Notes: a model not told the origin generated them from the letters alone. Shown: positions 1-9,674, counted from the first letter of the stretch. The stretch: 32,000 nt of DNA from an uncultured archaeon (GCA_964510585.1 CAZECW010000140.1:1-32000); one strand, 5' to 3'. Made by a program: numbers and translations.

Positions 1-456
1 AACCGATATTTCGCAGATTCTGCGAAGCTATTTGGGCGATTGTGATTTTTCCGTGTGGTTTTGGGTGTATGGTTGCGCTTTTCTATCAGCCCCCACCCTC
101 ATTTTCTCAAAAAATGGAATGATGGTGATAAACGCTTTGCAACTCCACTAAAGAATTCCCAAATCTGCGAAAAATGGGTTTAAACAAGATGCTAAGGATG
201 TATGTCCCTTACGTTAAAGTTTTTTTAAACGGAATATTTTTATAGGTCTCTGTGAAACGTGTAATTGTAAAAAGAAACTTATGTTTTCTTGGTTATTGTT
301 TAAAGTCTTTTGTTATAGGAAAAATTTGCAAAAGATTTTGAAACAAGTTGTTTCTCTTTTGCACAATAATTGTCAGAGAAACAGCAATTTGCAATTAGAA
401 CATGATAGAGATTAGTTAAACTTAAACGAACGAAATGTGTTACGGAGGTTACTTTA

Positions 457-1719
457 ATGGAAATTCAGTTTTTAGGAGGATGCCAGTCTGTCGGTGGTTC
501 TGGTATTTTCATATCCGTTGATGGTTGCGGTATTTTGGCGGATTATGGAATTTATATGAATCGCCGCAACCAAGCGAAGCTTCCTCTAGAGCCACCAGAA
601 GAAGTCGATGCTGCTTTTATGACTCATGCGCATTTGGATCATTCTGGTGGTTTTCCCTATTTGTATACTTCTGATAATTTTCCGCTTTATTTGACAAGGC
701 CCACTTATGATTTTGTGGATATCCTTTATGATGATATGTTTAAATTGGAGAGGTTACCATTCGGTAAAGAGGCCAAGACTAAAGCGTTAAAGAATTGTGT
801 TTTTGTGAATTATAATCAGAAGATATCTCTAAATCATGATTGTAAAGTAACTTTTTTGAATGCCGGCCATATTCCAGGAAGTTACTCTCTTTTAATTGAG
901 GCAGAAGGAAAAAGGCTACTTTATACATCTGATTTTAATACTATTAAAACCCAATTGCTAGAGGGGGCAAAATTTGAACAGTTAAAAGTTGATGCATTAA
1001 TATTGGAAAGCACTTATGCATTAGAAACCCATCCGAACCGGATGAATACGGAAAAACAGTTTATAAAGACGGTAAATGAAATTTTGAGAAATGGTGGAAC
1101 TGTTTTAGTACCTGCATTTGCAGTAGCGCGATCCCAAGAAATATTGTGTCTTCTTAACAGTAATAATGTGGAGTGCCCCATCACATTGGATGGTTTGGCT
1201 AGGAGTGCAAGTATGGTAATAAGCCGGCATCCAGATTTTGTTAGGGATTATGAACTCCTGCTAAAATCCCTCAGCTCCTGCAGATGGGTGAAGAAAGACG
1301 CTGACAGAATCAAAGCAGTTTCCACCTCAGGAATTATTGTGACCACCGCAGGTATGATGAGAGGCGGCCCAGTAAGTCACTATATGAGCATATTGGCCGA
1401 AGAGCCAGATAGCGCAGTTCTCCTAGTAAGTTTTCAAATTCCCGGAACACCGGGTAGAATATTACTAGATACGGGGCAATACGCTACGGAAGATGGGATG
1501 AGCAAAGTGAACGCTCAAATTAAATTCTTCAACTTTTCCTCACATTCAGATAGACCTCAACTAATTCATACTATTGAGTCACTAAAGAGGAATTCTGAAA
1601 CCACCGTCTTCCTAGTTCATGGTGAGAAGAGAGTATGTACCACATTTAAAGAAGATGTGGAAAAAGAATTTGGACTAGAAACCTTCTGCCCTATCAACGG
1701 AGAAACATTCATAATATAA
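457..1719 (+). CDS. MBL-fold metallo-hydrolase, beta-CASP family ribonuclease (aCPSF2-like, no N-terminal KH domains)
   Basis: Motifs THAHLDHSG (HxHxDH), NAGHIPGS, YTSDF, ESTY, FSSHSD and VHGE; 420 aa. Confidence 0.85.
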   Translation: MEIQFLGGCQSVGGSGIFISVDGCGILADYGIYMNRRNQAKLPLEPPEEVDAAFMTHAHLDHSGGFPYLYTSDNFPLYLTRPTYDFVDILYDDMFKLERLPFGKEAKTKALKNCVFVNYNQKISLNHDCKVTFLNAGHIPGSYSLLIEAEGKRLLYTSDFNTIKTQLLEGAKFEQLKVDALILESTYALETHPNRMNTEKQFIKTVNEILRNGGTVLVPAFAVARSQEILCLLNSNNVECPITLDGLARSASMVISRHPDFVRDYELLLKSLSSCRWVKKDADRIKAVSTSGIIVTTAGMMRGGPVSHYMSILAEEPDSAVLLVSFQIPGTPGRILLDTGQYATEDGMSKVNAQIKFFNFSSHSDRPQLIHTIESLKRNSETTVFLVHGEKRVCTTFKEDVEKEFGLETFCPINGETFII

Positions 1720-2235
1720 AAAAGGGTTCAAAAGCTTCCATTTTGGCGAAAGAGTTCCCTATAATTTGGAAGCCTAAAAGGGTTGACTACTTCAAAGAAC
1801 TCTCCTATTAAGACCATTATATCTACCCCTACATCTGTATTTTTTAGCTGACCACAGACAAACCAGCCCAGAACGCAAAATAGGACTTAGTAGAAGCCCT
1901 TAAGGGATTGAAAAGTGTATAAAGGGGTATCACTCCACGTTGAGAAGATATGTTCCCACTTCGTCTGTTCTTGGGGGGTAAACCTTCCCATGAAATTTAG
2001 AGAGCTTAAGTTACGAAAATTAACGCTAGGTCGGGACAGATACCACAAAGAACATATTAGCTAAGTATGCTTAGCCGAAAACTAATTTTTGGTATGTTTA
2101 GTAATTTTTGTTTACAGTATTATTCTAAAAATGATAATTGTTTTATTTGATTTTAATGGAGAGAAGGGCTTTTGAAATCTCTTCTGAGAAGTATATAACT
2201 ATAGGGGATTATTAAAATTAGAAGTGTTATTGGAA

Positions 2236-2451
2236 TTAGCGAGGTCTTATTTTCCTTGCTTCTCTCTCCGTTTCTCTTAGCATTAGTATGTCTCCCTTTC
2301 TCACAGGTCCCTTAACGTTACGTGTGAGGATACGTCCCTTATCGCGTCCTTCAAGAATACGTACCTTTACTTGTATTATTTCTCCAGTTACACCTGTACG
2401 GGCGATGACACTTATTACTTCTGAGGGAATAGATACATCTTCGGTGCTCAT
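2236..2451 (-). CDS. rps28e: 30S ribosomal protein S28e
   Basis: [49 protein letters not shown] is a typical S28e sequence. Start placed at MSTED (ORF track starts at 2460). Confidence 0.97.
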   Translation of the reverse strand: MSTEDVSIPSEVISVIARTGVTGEIIQVKVRILEGRDKGRILTRNVKGPVRKGDILMLRETEREARKIRPR

Positions 2452-2826
2452 AATTATCATACTCCAAAATTTCCATTACACAAGGTATGCCTAAACCTTT
2501 AAAACTTTTTCTTAATAAATACATTTCACTATCTTTTAAAATAGTATTAGATTCTAATAATATAATTTGACTGGGGAACAATTTTTTTGAGGGGATAGTT
2601 TGTTTACTACTAAACTAATAGTAAAAGACATAATTTCAGTCTGGTGCAACATACCATCATTCTTGTTAGTTTAGAAAAAGTGTCTAAAATTCTAGTCTAT
2701 CGGTAATTGTAATTTTCACTAGAAATTTTTGCGAATACGTCTGAGAGATGGGAAGTATTGAATATAGAAAGATTCTTATATTTTGACAGGTAAGGGGATT
2801 CGAATAAAATTGACATGTGGCGATTA

Positions 2827-3012
2827 ATGATGGTGAGAAAATACAACTGCTCATTCTGTGGAGAGGAACTTGAAATTGGAACAGGTATTCAATATGTTCG
2901 TAAAGACGGTTCTTCTCTTTACTTCTGTTCTAGCAAATGCAGAAAGAATCTTTTAGATCTAAATAGAAAACCACGAAAACTAAAGTGGACAAAAGTCTAC
3001 CAGAAACAATAG
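2827..3012 (+). CDS. rpl24e: 50S ribosomal protein L24e
   Basis: [31 protein letters not shown] zinc-ribbon and RKPRKLKWT. Start uncertain (2815, 2827 or 2830). Confidence 0.96.
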   Translation: MMVRKYNCSFCGEELEIGTGIQYVRKDGSSLYFCSSKCRKNLLDLNRKPRKLKWTKVYQKQ

Positions 3013-3085
3013 GATAGGAAAAATAATCAACAAGTTATTGTAAACTATTTTAGCAATTACACATGTAAAGATAGGGTCAGGATTT

Positions 3086-3736
3086 TTAACCTTCTAAAAC
3101 GGCTTGGACAATCGCATCCCTGAGTCTATTTAGTTGGTCTTTATTTGCATATGGATTTTCGTCTAGGAGGTAGCCCCCTATTTGCCGCCTAATGCTTTCG
3201 ACAGTATTAGGATTCTCTGATAGTTTCTTGCAAGCTTCTCTTAGATTGGGGGTGACATCTATGCTTGTTTTAGGCGCCCATTTAGAGATGTATTTCTCCA
3301 CATTTTTAAATCCATCACTTTTGCCTAGGGGGGTTTCGCTTATCCAAAGATTTATTTCACGTTTTGCGCTTTCGATTGAGTCTGAAGCATGTATAACGTT
3401 GATTCCACCCCAAACCCCATAATCCCCCCTAATTGTTCCGGGCTCCGCTTTGTTGGCCATTGTTGCCCCAGCCATTTCCCGAATGCTTCGAATAATTCCA
3501 TCCCCGCTGACCACCATCGCCACGACCGGACTCAGCATTATGTACTCTTTCAATCTGGGAAAAAACGGCTTCCCCTTATGCTCCGCATAGTGCTTCTCGG
3601 CAAGACTTTCAGAGACTTGAAGCTCTAGGAAGTTATCAATTTTAAAACTTTTATCTAAAAATCTTTCTAAAACACGTACACCAACAACTCGTCTAATCAC
3701 CGCATCGGGTTTCAGAAGAACCAAGCTCTGCTCCAT
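3086..3736 (-). CDS. ndk: Nucleoside diphosphate kinase with ~80-aa C-terminal extension
   Basis: LVLLKPDA, HYAEHKGKPFF, PGTIRGDY and catalytic NVIHASDS. GGGAGG-like SD precedes ATG at 3736. Confidence 0.93.
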   Translation of the reverse strand: MEQSLVLLKPDAVIRRVVGVRVLERFLDKSFKIDNFLELQVSESLAEKHYAEHKGKPFFPRLKEYIMLSPVVAMVVSGDGIIRSIREMAGATMANKAEPGTIRGDYGVWGGINVIHASDSIESAKREINLWISETPLGKSDGFKNVEKYISKWAPKTSIDVTPNLREACKKLSENPNTVESIRRQIGGYLLDENPYANKDQLNRLRDAIVQAVLEG

Positions 3737-3784
3737 AAACAAGCCTCCCTAATAAAACTATGTTAAGCAAATACTATTACAAAA

Positions 3785-4243
3785 TCAAGGTGAGAGTGAG
3801 GCTCTACTTTTTGATTGCAGTAAACTTAAGGCAACAGCTGCAGTTGCGGGGTGCACATCCCTGTATTCAGCCAGAATTATCATTACACCATGTGTATCTT
3901 TAGGATGAAACATAACTTCTTTTAGCGCACCCAAATCAAGCATTCCCACGCTTCGAATTCCCTTTTTCTCGAGTTCTGCAGTTGCTTCTTTAATGTCGGA
4001 GACCTTAAAAACAACTGCATATAGGCCTTCCCCTCTTTTTTCCACAAATTTGCCGACTGGTGAATCGGGTTGGGTTGCCTCCATTAATTCTATTCCCGAA
4101 GGGCTGTAAGCGGCTCTCACAAGTTGCTCGTCCGAAGATCCTGCTGGATCAAAATTTATTCCTAGAAGGTCTGAAAAGAATCGCATTGATTTGTCCAAAT
4201 TTTTGACAGCAATAACCACTCTATCTATTCTCTCTATTTTCAT
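3785..4243 (-). CDS. VOC/glyoxalase-fold protein, methylmalonyl-CoA epimerase-like
   Basis: IDRVVIAVKNLD, IELMEATQPDSPVGKFVEKRGEGL and FHPKDTHGV follow the MCE pattern; metal ligands appear degenerate. Confidence 0.75.
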   Translation of the reverse strand: MKIERIDRVVIAVKNLDKSMRFFSDLLGINFDPAGSSDEQLVRAAYSPSGIELMEATQPDSPVGKFVEKRGEGLYAVVFKVSDIKEATAELEKKGIRSVGMLDLGALKEVMFHPKDTHGVMIILAEYRDVHPATAAVALSLLQSKSRASLSP

Positions 4244-4672
4244 AGAATGCCACCTTTCAATTCTTAGCTAATTTTTTACTATACAATTATTGATATTTTT
4301 ACGCCCTATCAGTTTAGAGTTTCCTATCATTTAAACATAGCTCATTCTATAAAAATTAAGATTGACTGTGAAGAGAATCAAATATAGGCCGTATTATAAA
4401 TATTTGGTCTCTACATAGAGTGAGATCACTTATAGAAGGCGAAATGAAAGAATATGTAAAAGAGTGTCTCTTTTGTAGCGGATTATTAAAAACTTTCAAA
4501 GGAGTGGGTGACTGAAAAAATCTTGAAATTAGAATCGAAAAATAGAATCATTGCAAAATGCCTTACTATACAGTAATGGCGGAAGACGCATAATTTCATT
4601 TGCTTTTTATACTTGCTCCTGATATCTATCTGCGATAGTTTCTTTTTGATAATTAGTCTTTGAAGTTTTGGC

Positions 4673-5629
4673 TTATGCGTCTTTTACTCCGTCTTCTTCG
4701 ATGCTGAAGACTACTTCGGCTTCTGGTAAGTATGGGCTGTCTACGAGGCGGGCTATTCTCTGATTACCTCTGCTTTTTCGCAGGTAGACTCTGGTGGTAC
4801 AGTTATGAGCGACAATATGTCCGCCGACTGGTGATGTGGGATCACCAAAAAAGGCGTCTGGCTTTGCCATAACTTGATTTGTGACTATTACGGCTAAGTT
4901 GTATAGTTCTGAGAGCTTTAATAGTGTGTGAAGGTGCTTGTTTAGTTTCTGTTGGCGTTCTGCGAGCATACCGCGTCCTATGTACTCTGCCCTAAAGTAG
5001 CCGATGATACTGTCTACTATAATTAGTTTGATGTTTTTTCCTTTTTCGATTAGCTCTTCTATACTTTGGGATAGGTAGAGTTGATGATCTGAGTTGTAGG
5101 CTCTAGCGAAAGTAACGTTTTTTAAAACTTCTTTAGGTTCTAATGTGAATCTTTCAGAGATGGAAATGAGGCGTTCAGGTCTGAAAGTTCCTTCGGTGTC
5201 GATATAAATTGCTTCTCCGCCCAGTCCTCCTAATTCTTCTGGTAGTTGGACTGTTACTGCAAGCTGATGACATAACTGGGTTTTGCCTGTTCGGAATTCT
5301 CCGAATAACTCAGTGATCCCTTTGGTCTCGACGCCCCCGCCTAGCAACTGATCCAAATTTTTGGTTCCTGTGGTGATTTGTGATATACTTTTTCTTTGAC
5401 CTAGGTATTCCTCGGCGGATATAAATCCAATATTCAATTTCTCTCTGGCTGCTTCAATGATTCTTGCAGCAGTTGATTCACCAATATCTGCTGCCGCTGC
5501 TAGTTCTTTTGGTGTGGCAACTGCTACGGCTTCAGGAGTTCTATAGCCGCTCTCACTTAACTTTTTGGATATGGCAGGGCCTATTCCAGGCAGATCTTCT
5601 AAGGATAGTACACCACTCAATAGAATCAT
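4673..5629 (-). CDS. radA: DNA repair and recombination protein RadA
   Basis: N-terminal HhH ([10 protein letters not shown]), Walker [38 protein letters not shown] at 5629 has a GGAG SD; the ORF-track extension to 5851 runs through a structured element and is probably not coding. Confidence 0.97.
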   Translation of the reverse strand: MILLSGVLSLEDLPGIGPAISKKLSESGYRTPEAVAVATPKELAAAADIGESTAARIIEAAREKLNIGFISAEEYLGQRKSISQITTGTKNLDQLLGGGVETKGITELFGEFRTGKTQLCHQLAVTVQLPEELGGLGGEAIYIDTEGTFRPERLISISERFTLEPKEVLKNVTFARAYNSDHQLYLSQSIEELIEKGKNIKLIIVDSIIGYFRAEYIGRGMLAERQQKLNKHLHTLLKLSELYNLAVIVTNQVMAKPDAFFGDPTSPVGGHIVAHNCTTRVYLRKSRGNQRIARLVDSPYLPEAEVVFSIEEDGVKDA

Positions 5630-5662
5630 TCTCCGGTATACACATTTTTTAAATTGGGGGGG

Positions 5663-5874
5663 GTGAGAGAGGACGTTTAAGTTGCTTTTTTCAAGCGGGC
5701 GAGAAAAGCGGCTGAAGTATAGATTGTGCGTGTAGCGTCCCACAGTTAAGTGGGACGTTTCTGCGTCCAGAGGAGGTATATTGTAAGTCTCAATTTTAGG
5801 GTCTTTTAGGGGGGTGGCCAATTTATAAACCTCGTCTCTGAACCGCATCATCTTCGTTAACGTCCTCTCTTCAC
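5663..5874 (-). ncRNA. Candidate structured RNA or radA 5' leader (~212 nt), family unknown
   Basis: Terminal imperfect inverted repeat 5663-5680 / 5857-5874, perfect 8-bp hairpin 5736-5757, long hairpin 5768-5840; extra helices with G-U pairs form on the minus strand. Confidence 0.4.
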
Positions 5875-5985
5875 AAAGAGTGACATGATTGTTTATTGTT
5901 TATCTGGTTAATAATCACATGTGTAACTATCATTTCCAGTATTTCCAGTGTTTCCAAAGATTATTGAAAAGAAGACGCCGCCTTT

Positions 5986-6243
5986 TTATTTTTCACTTAT
6001 TTTATATACCACGTCATTTGGTCTTACACGTTCCTTTACTTTGATGCCCACAGAATCCCCTGCTACTGCCTTTTCAACGGAAACCTTTTCAATCTGCATA
6101 CTTTCAACTTTTTGCTGAAAATCTGTGGTAGCCCCAACTATACGAATGATGTCCCCTACAGATAACTCCGCTTCGAGCTTCACCCCCGCAACTCCAACAT
6201 TCTTGAAATATGTGAATACAATTCCAACTTTCTTTTCAATCAT
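5986..6243 (-). CDS. Small translation-elongation-factor-like beta-barrel protein (EF-Tu domain II / U32 C-terminal-like)
   Basis: VGIVFTYFKNVGVAGVKL, LSVGDIIRIVG, QKVESMQIE and AGDSVGIKVKERVRPNDVVY pattern. Confidence 0.75.
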   Translation of the reverse strand: MIEKKVGIVFTYFKNVGVAGVKLEAELSVGDIIRIVGATTDFQQKVESMQIEKVSVEKAVAGDSVGIKVKERVRPNDVVYKISEK

Positions 6244-6704
6244 AGGAATTCACCCCTGATATATTTAGGTTATTTGGAGAAATTAGTTTTACCTTAAAAA
6301 TTTTTAAAGGAACCAAATGTGGAATTTTGATGCGGGTGATTAAGTTTTTTTCCGGCAATTTTTTTCATTTTTATTCTTTTTTCTTCTGTTTTGGATTTTA
6401 TCCAGCAATTTTCTTATGGCTTCACTTAAAACGAGTAGCTCCCATAACATTAGCTTGACTTCCCTTCTTACTCTAATATTAATAATCGACATTATCACTT
6501 ATTTCTTTTTGCATATTCTGTAAACATTAACTGCAGATGCTTATTCCGCATTTATCTGTGGATTAGTTTTTTAGCTTCCTTTTCTTTTTTGACCCTCTCA
6601 TTCTTGATGAGTAAATCATAAATGTGTTAATTGACATAAAATATTCCGTTGATTTAAGAAATTAAGGAAGTTTAAAGAAAGAAATTTCGGAGAGTGAAAG
6701 AGTT

Positions 6705-7001
6705 TTGTCTTCTGCAAAGGAAAAACAAAGAGACTTGAAAAGTTTGCTTAAGGATTGGGTTGCAAAAGGTGAAAAAGCCAAAACCAAGGATGGCAAAGAT
6801 TTAACTATTGATATTGTTTCCGGTGCAGTTAAAACCGCCGTCTCAAAAAAGGAAATCAGCAGTCTGGAACTTAAAAAAATGTTAAATGAGATCCGCCACG
6901 AAGAGGTTATGCCCTACTCTAGTTGGGAAGAATTTCCTGACCGCCAGAAAAGGTTTGACACTTTGAAAAGTAAATTGAAGGAATTAAAGATACAGTTTTA
7001 A
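6705..7001 (+). CDS. Hypothetical protein, 98 aa, Lys/Glu-rich, predicted helical
   Basis: TTG start preceded by GGAG/GTGA purine tract; protein-like composition; no recognised motif. Confidence 0.6.
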   Translation: MSSAKEKQRDLKSLLKDWVAKGEKAKTKDGKDLTIDIVSGAVKTAVSKKEISSLELKKMLNEIRHEEVMPYSSWEEFPDRQKRFDTLKSKLKELKIQF

Positions 7002-7128
7002 ATAATTGGTCAAATATCAAATGAACAACTTTTTTACGTTAGTATCTCCGTAAACACCTACTGTTTTTTATTCTGCTCCTACCTTTTTTGGATTAAGTTG
7101 AAAAATAAAGGAATGATTATTTCTCGGT

Positions 7129-7917
7129 TTACGGTTTTGCTGCTTTAGTTTTTATTTTTTCTATTTTTTTCTTGTAGAGACTTATTAAGTCCTGCGTCCT
7201 AACGCAGGTATCTTGTGCTAAAACTGTATATTCCATAAGTGTTTTAAGATCAACGTCAAATGATTTGTCAGCCACCATTTTTCCTAATCCTACCGCAATT
7301 GGTCCATTATCCATTATTTTATTTGCCATTGTTTTGACTGCATCTTCTAGTTGGTTTTGAGGGACAACTTTATTTACTAGTCCTATACGCCAAGCTTCTT
7401 GTGCGTCAATTGGTTCCCCCGTGAGTATTAACTCCTTTGCTCTACCTAAGCCTACTATGCGGGGTAATCTCTGAGCGCCTCCAATATCAGGTATTATCCC
7501 ATAACAAACTTCTGGTAGACCAAATATTGCGTTTTCAGAAGCTATTCTTATGTCGCAGGCCAAGGCTAATTCTGTGCCTCCGCCAAGAGCTAAACCGTTT
7601 ACCGCAGCTATAGAGGGCTTCTCAATACTTTCTGGCATACTGAGAGTGTCTTGTAGCCCCCTAAGAAAGGTTCTAAGTTTAGAAACATTTTGTAGAAGGG
7701 AGCCGCCTAGCAGAGATAGATCCAAACCCGCCGAGAAAGCTCTTCCCACGCCCGTTATAACCATAAGTTTCACTTCATCATCTTCGCGGATCATAGCAAA
7801 ATATTCACGTAGTTTTTCAAACACCTCAATTGTGAGCGCATTTAGGGCATCAGGTCTATTCAAAGTTATTTTTCCAATTCCATCACGCTTTTCGAATAAT
7901 ACCACTTCAGAACTCAT
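7129..7917 (-). CDS. Enoyl-CoA hydratase/isomerase (crotonase family)
   Basis: ITLNRPDALNAL, FSAGLDL, GGGTELALACDIRIA and FGLPEVCYGIIP (both catalytic Glu positions present). Confidence 0.93.
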   Translation of the reverse strand: MSSEVVLFEKRDGIGKITLNRPDALNALTIEVFEKLREYFAMIREDDEVKLMVITGVGRAFSAGLDLSLLGGSLLQNVSKLRTFLRGLQDTLSMPESIEKPSIAAVNGLALGGGTELALACDIRIASENAIFGLPEVCYGIIPDIGGAQRLPRIVGLGRAKELILTGEPIDAQEAWRIGLVNKVVPQNQLEDAVKTMANKIMDNGPIAVGLGKMVADKSFDVDLKTLMEYTVLAQDTCVRTQDLISLYKKKIEKIKTKAAKP

Positions 7918-8363
7918 ATTGTTCTACCTCAACTCATTTCATATTTCTTTAAAGAAGATTTTAGCATTCGAGTAGTACACGATTTGACTAAAGCTAGAAG
8001 CCTAATAAGTTCTCCGCGAAAAACTGCAAATAAGCCTTGAGGTCTTAAAAACAAGTTGACAACACTTCACAATGTGATAGCTTAAAAATATTAGTTTTTG
8101 GTATGGATTTAAATTATGGAAGTCTATCTGACGCTTTATACCTTCTTTACTTACTGGAAAAGAGGGTTGGAAACAAGGTCTCTTTTCTTTTACCCAGCGA
8201 GTAACTTGCCAATAGAAGGCAAAATGAACCCTTCTTCAAAGCATAGGAATCATTTAACTATTTTTCGCTCACAGGAGGTAGGTATGTATGATAATTTTAT
8301 TATTATTGTTTTGTGTGTTATTTTAATTCTGAGATAAATAATGGAGTAATTTTTGAGATTTTC

Positions 8364-8783
8364 CTAGTCTCTATGGTAGATTCTTATGTAAGGGCCTGGT
8401 GTAACAATTATGTACTCGTTTCCCAATTGGGCTATATCCCCATCTATTTGTCGGCAAACGCCCCGTAATTGGTCAACGGCTCTTTTAAGTTCACTGTTTG
8501 ACTGTACTCTTTGTATAAAGGGTTTAGCATGTATAATGACTATGTTTCCTGATCTCAGCTCTTCAGCTATTCTAGGAACATCCGCCAGTGTTAAAAGGGG
8601 GATTGATTTAATATACACAACTCCAGAATCAACTATTTCTTGAGCGACTTCTTTAGATTCGGTTTCCTCCTCGAAAACCCCAAGTTTTGATAAATATTCC
8701 TCTGTTCCCATTGCAGCATTGTTTTCTTTATCTAGGCATAAATTCTCTTCCTTTTTACCTGAAAATTTTTTCAGGAATTCCAT
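8364..8783 (-). CDS. sepF: Archaeal cell division protein SepF
   Basis: N-terminal amphipathic MEFLKKF, EEY, then core ELRSGNIVII...QLRGVCRQIDGDIAQLGNEYIIVTP, matching the archaeal SepF pattern as I recall it. Confidence 0.85.
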   Translation of the reverse strand: MEFLKKFSGKKEENLCLDKENNAAMGTEEYLSKLGVFEEETESKEVAQEIVDSGVVYIKSIPLLTLADVPRIAEELRSGNIVIIHAKPFIQRVQSNSELKRAVDQLRGVCRQIDGDIAQLGNEYIIVTPGPYIRIYHRD

Positions 8784-8920
8784 TTTCGCGCACCAACCTC
8801 TTATATGATAAATAAATAATGATGTTAAGAAGGGTATTAAGCCGTCTAGATGTGTTTTTGATTATTTTATTTATGACTTCCACACCTAAAAGGGTTTATA
8901 TTACGTTTAGAAGACCGAAA

Positions 8921-9652
8921 TTAATAATTGATTTTTATCATTTCGTGTTTTTTCCCCATCCATTCAGCGAAACGTTTTTCAACCATAAGCCTAAAAATCT
9001 CTTTTATGTCTTCAGGAGGTAGAGTGCTGAATTCTTCTTTTTCATCCATTATCTCAAAAAGGGTGAAGTCAAGGCGACCGGTTCTTAGGGCCCATCGATA
9101 AATTATTTCGCACCACTCTTCCAGCGACCGCCAATAAATTCTTACCAAAGTTTTATTTTTGTCCCACCATTTAATACTATTCTTTGAATTCATGTACTCC
9201 AGTATATCCCTAAGAGCCACCTCAGATAGTTTGTCGAAGGGATTTTTCTCCATTAATTCTGCTACACTTATCAAGTGTATGACTAGAAATTTTGCCCATT
9301 TTAAAGTATAGTCAGACCAATCTCTCCTCCAAGACTCTAAAAATTTGGGGTTTTCAGGTTTAACGTACATCCAAGGTTTATCCACCCAATCAGGCAGAGG
9401 GGCGATTCTTTCAACCGCTTTAGGTGCTTCTGTAACGAAATCTTGGGATATGCCGGCGGAAGCTTCTTCTTTCACCTGTTTTATCAGTTGAAGCTCAGCT
9501 TTCAGTCTTTCAATATCTTCTCTGAGAATCTCAATTTTAAGTTCGAGCGAATCTTGTTCCTCAAGCGTTTTGTCTGCTTTGATTTCCTCCAGAGCATTCG
9601 ACTGCTTTTCTCCCCATTTTTCAATTTTCTTTTCCTTCTGTTTTTCCGCCAT
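8921..9652 (-). CDS. vps25: ESCRT-II subunit Vps25/EAP20 homolog with N-terminal coiled-coil extension
   Basis: WWDKNKTLVRIYWRSLEEWCEIIYRW and FTLFEI..EEF..L align by eye with human VPS25 (WLDKSKSSFLIMWRRPEEWGKLIYQW, FTLYEL..EEFHGL); tandem winged-helix length. Confidence 0.85.
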   Translation of the reverse strand: MAEKQKEKKIEKWGEKQSNALEEIKADKTLEEQDSLELKIEILREDIERLKAELQLIKQVKEEASAGISQDFVTEAPKAVERIAPLPDWVDKPWMYVKPENPKFLESWRRDWSDYTLKWAKFLVIHLISVAELMEKNPFDKLSEVALRDILEYMNSKNSIKWWDKNKTLVRIYWRSLEEWCEIIYRWALRTGRLDFTLFEIMDEKEEFSTLPPEDIKEIFRLMVEKRFAEWMGKKHEMIKINY

Positions 9653-9674
9653 TTCTATCCCTGAATTATTAAAA

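Noticed and set aside
9-172. 8-bp palindrome TTCGCAGA-T-TCTGCGAA (10-26) and an 11-bp inverted match 9-19 / 162-172
   Set aside because: At the window edge with no context; no repeat array or transposase; cannot distinguish terminator, operator or chance.
1720-2235. ~500-bp gap with short minus-strand frames (e.g. ...DVGVDIMVLIGE...) vaguely like a nucleotidyltransferase remnant
   Set aside because: Fragments are under 40 aa with no convincing motif; pseudogene call not supportable.
5630-5851. 74-codon N-terminal extension of RadA in the ORF track
   Set aside because: No resemblance to RadA; a better SD-linked ATG exists at 5629; the region is better explained as a structured element.
5663-5874. 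RNase P, SRP, C/D-box or MITE identity for the structured element
   Set aside because: No GAGGAAAGUCC or SRP helix-8 consensus, no C box and D box on the same strand, no target-site duplication.
8116-8337. 73-aa plus-strand ORF converging on sepF
   Set aside because: AT-rich, no motif, composition looks intergenic.
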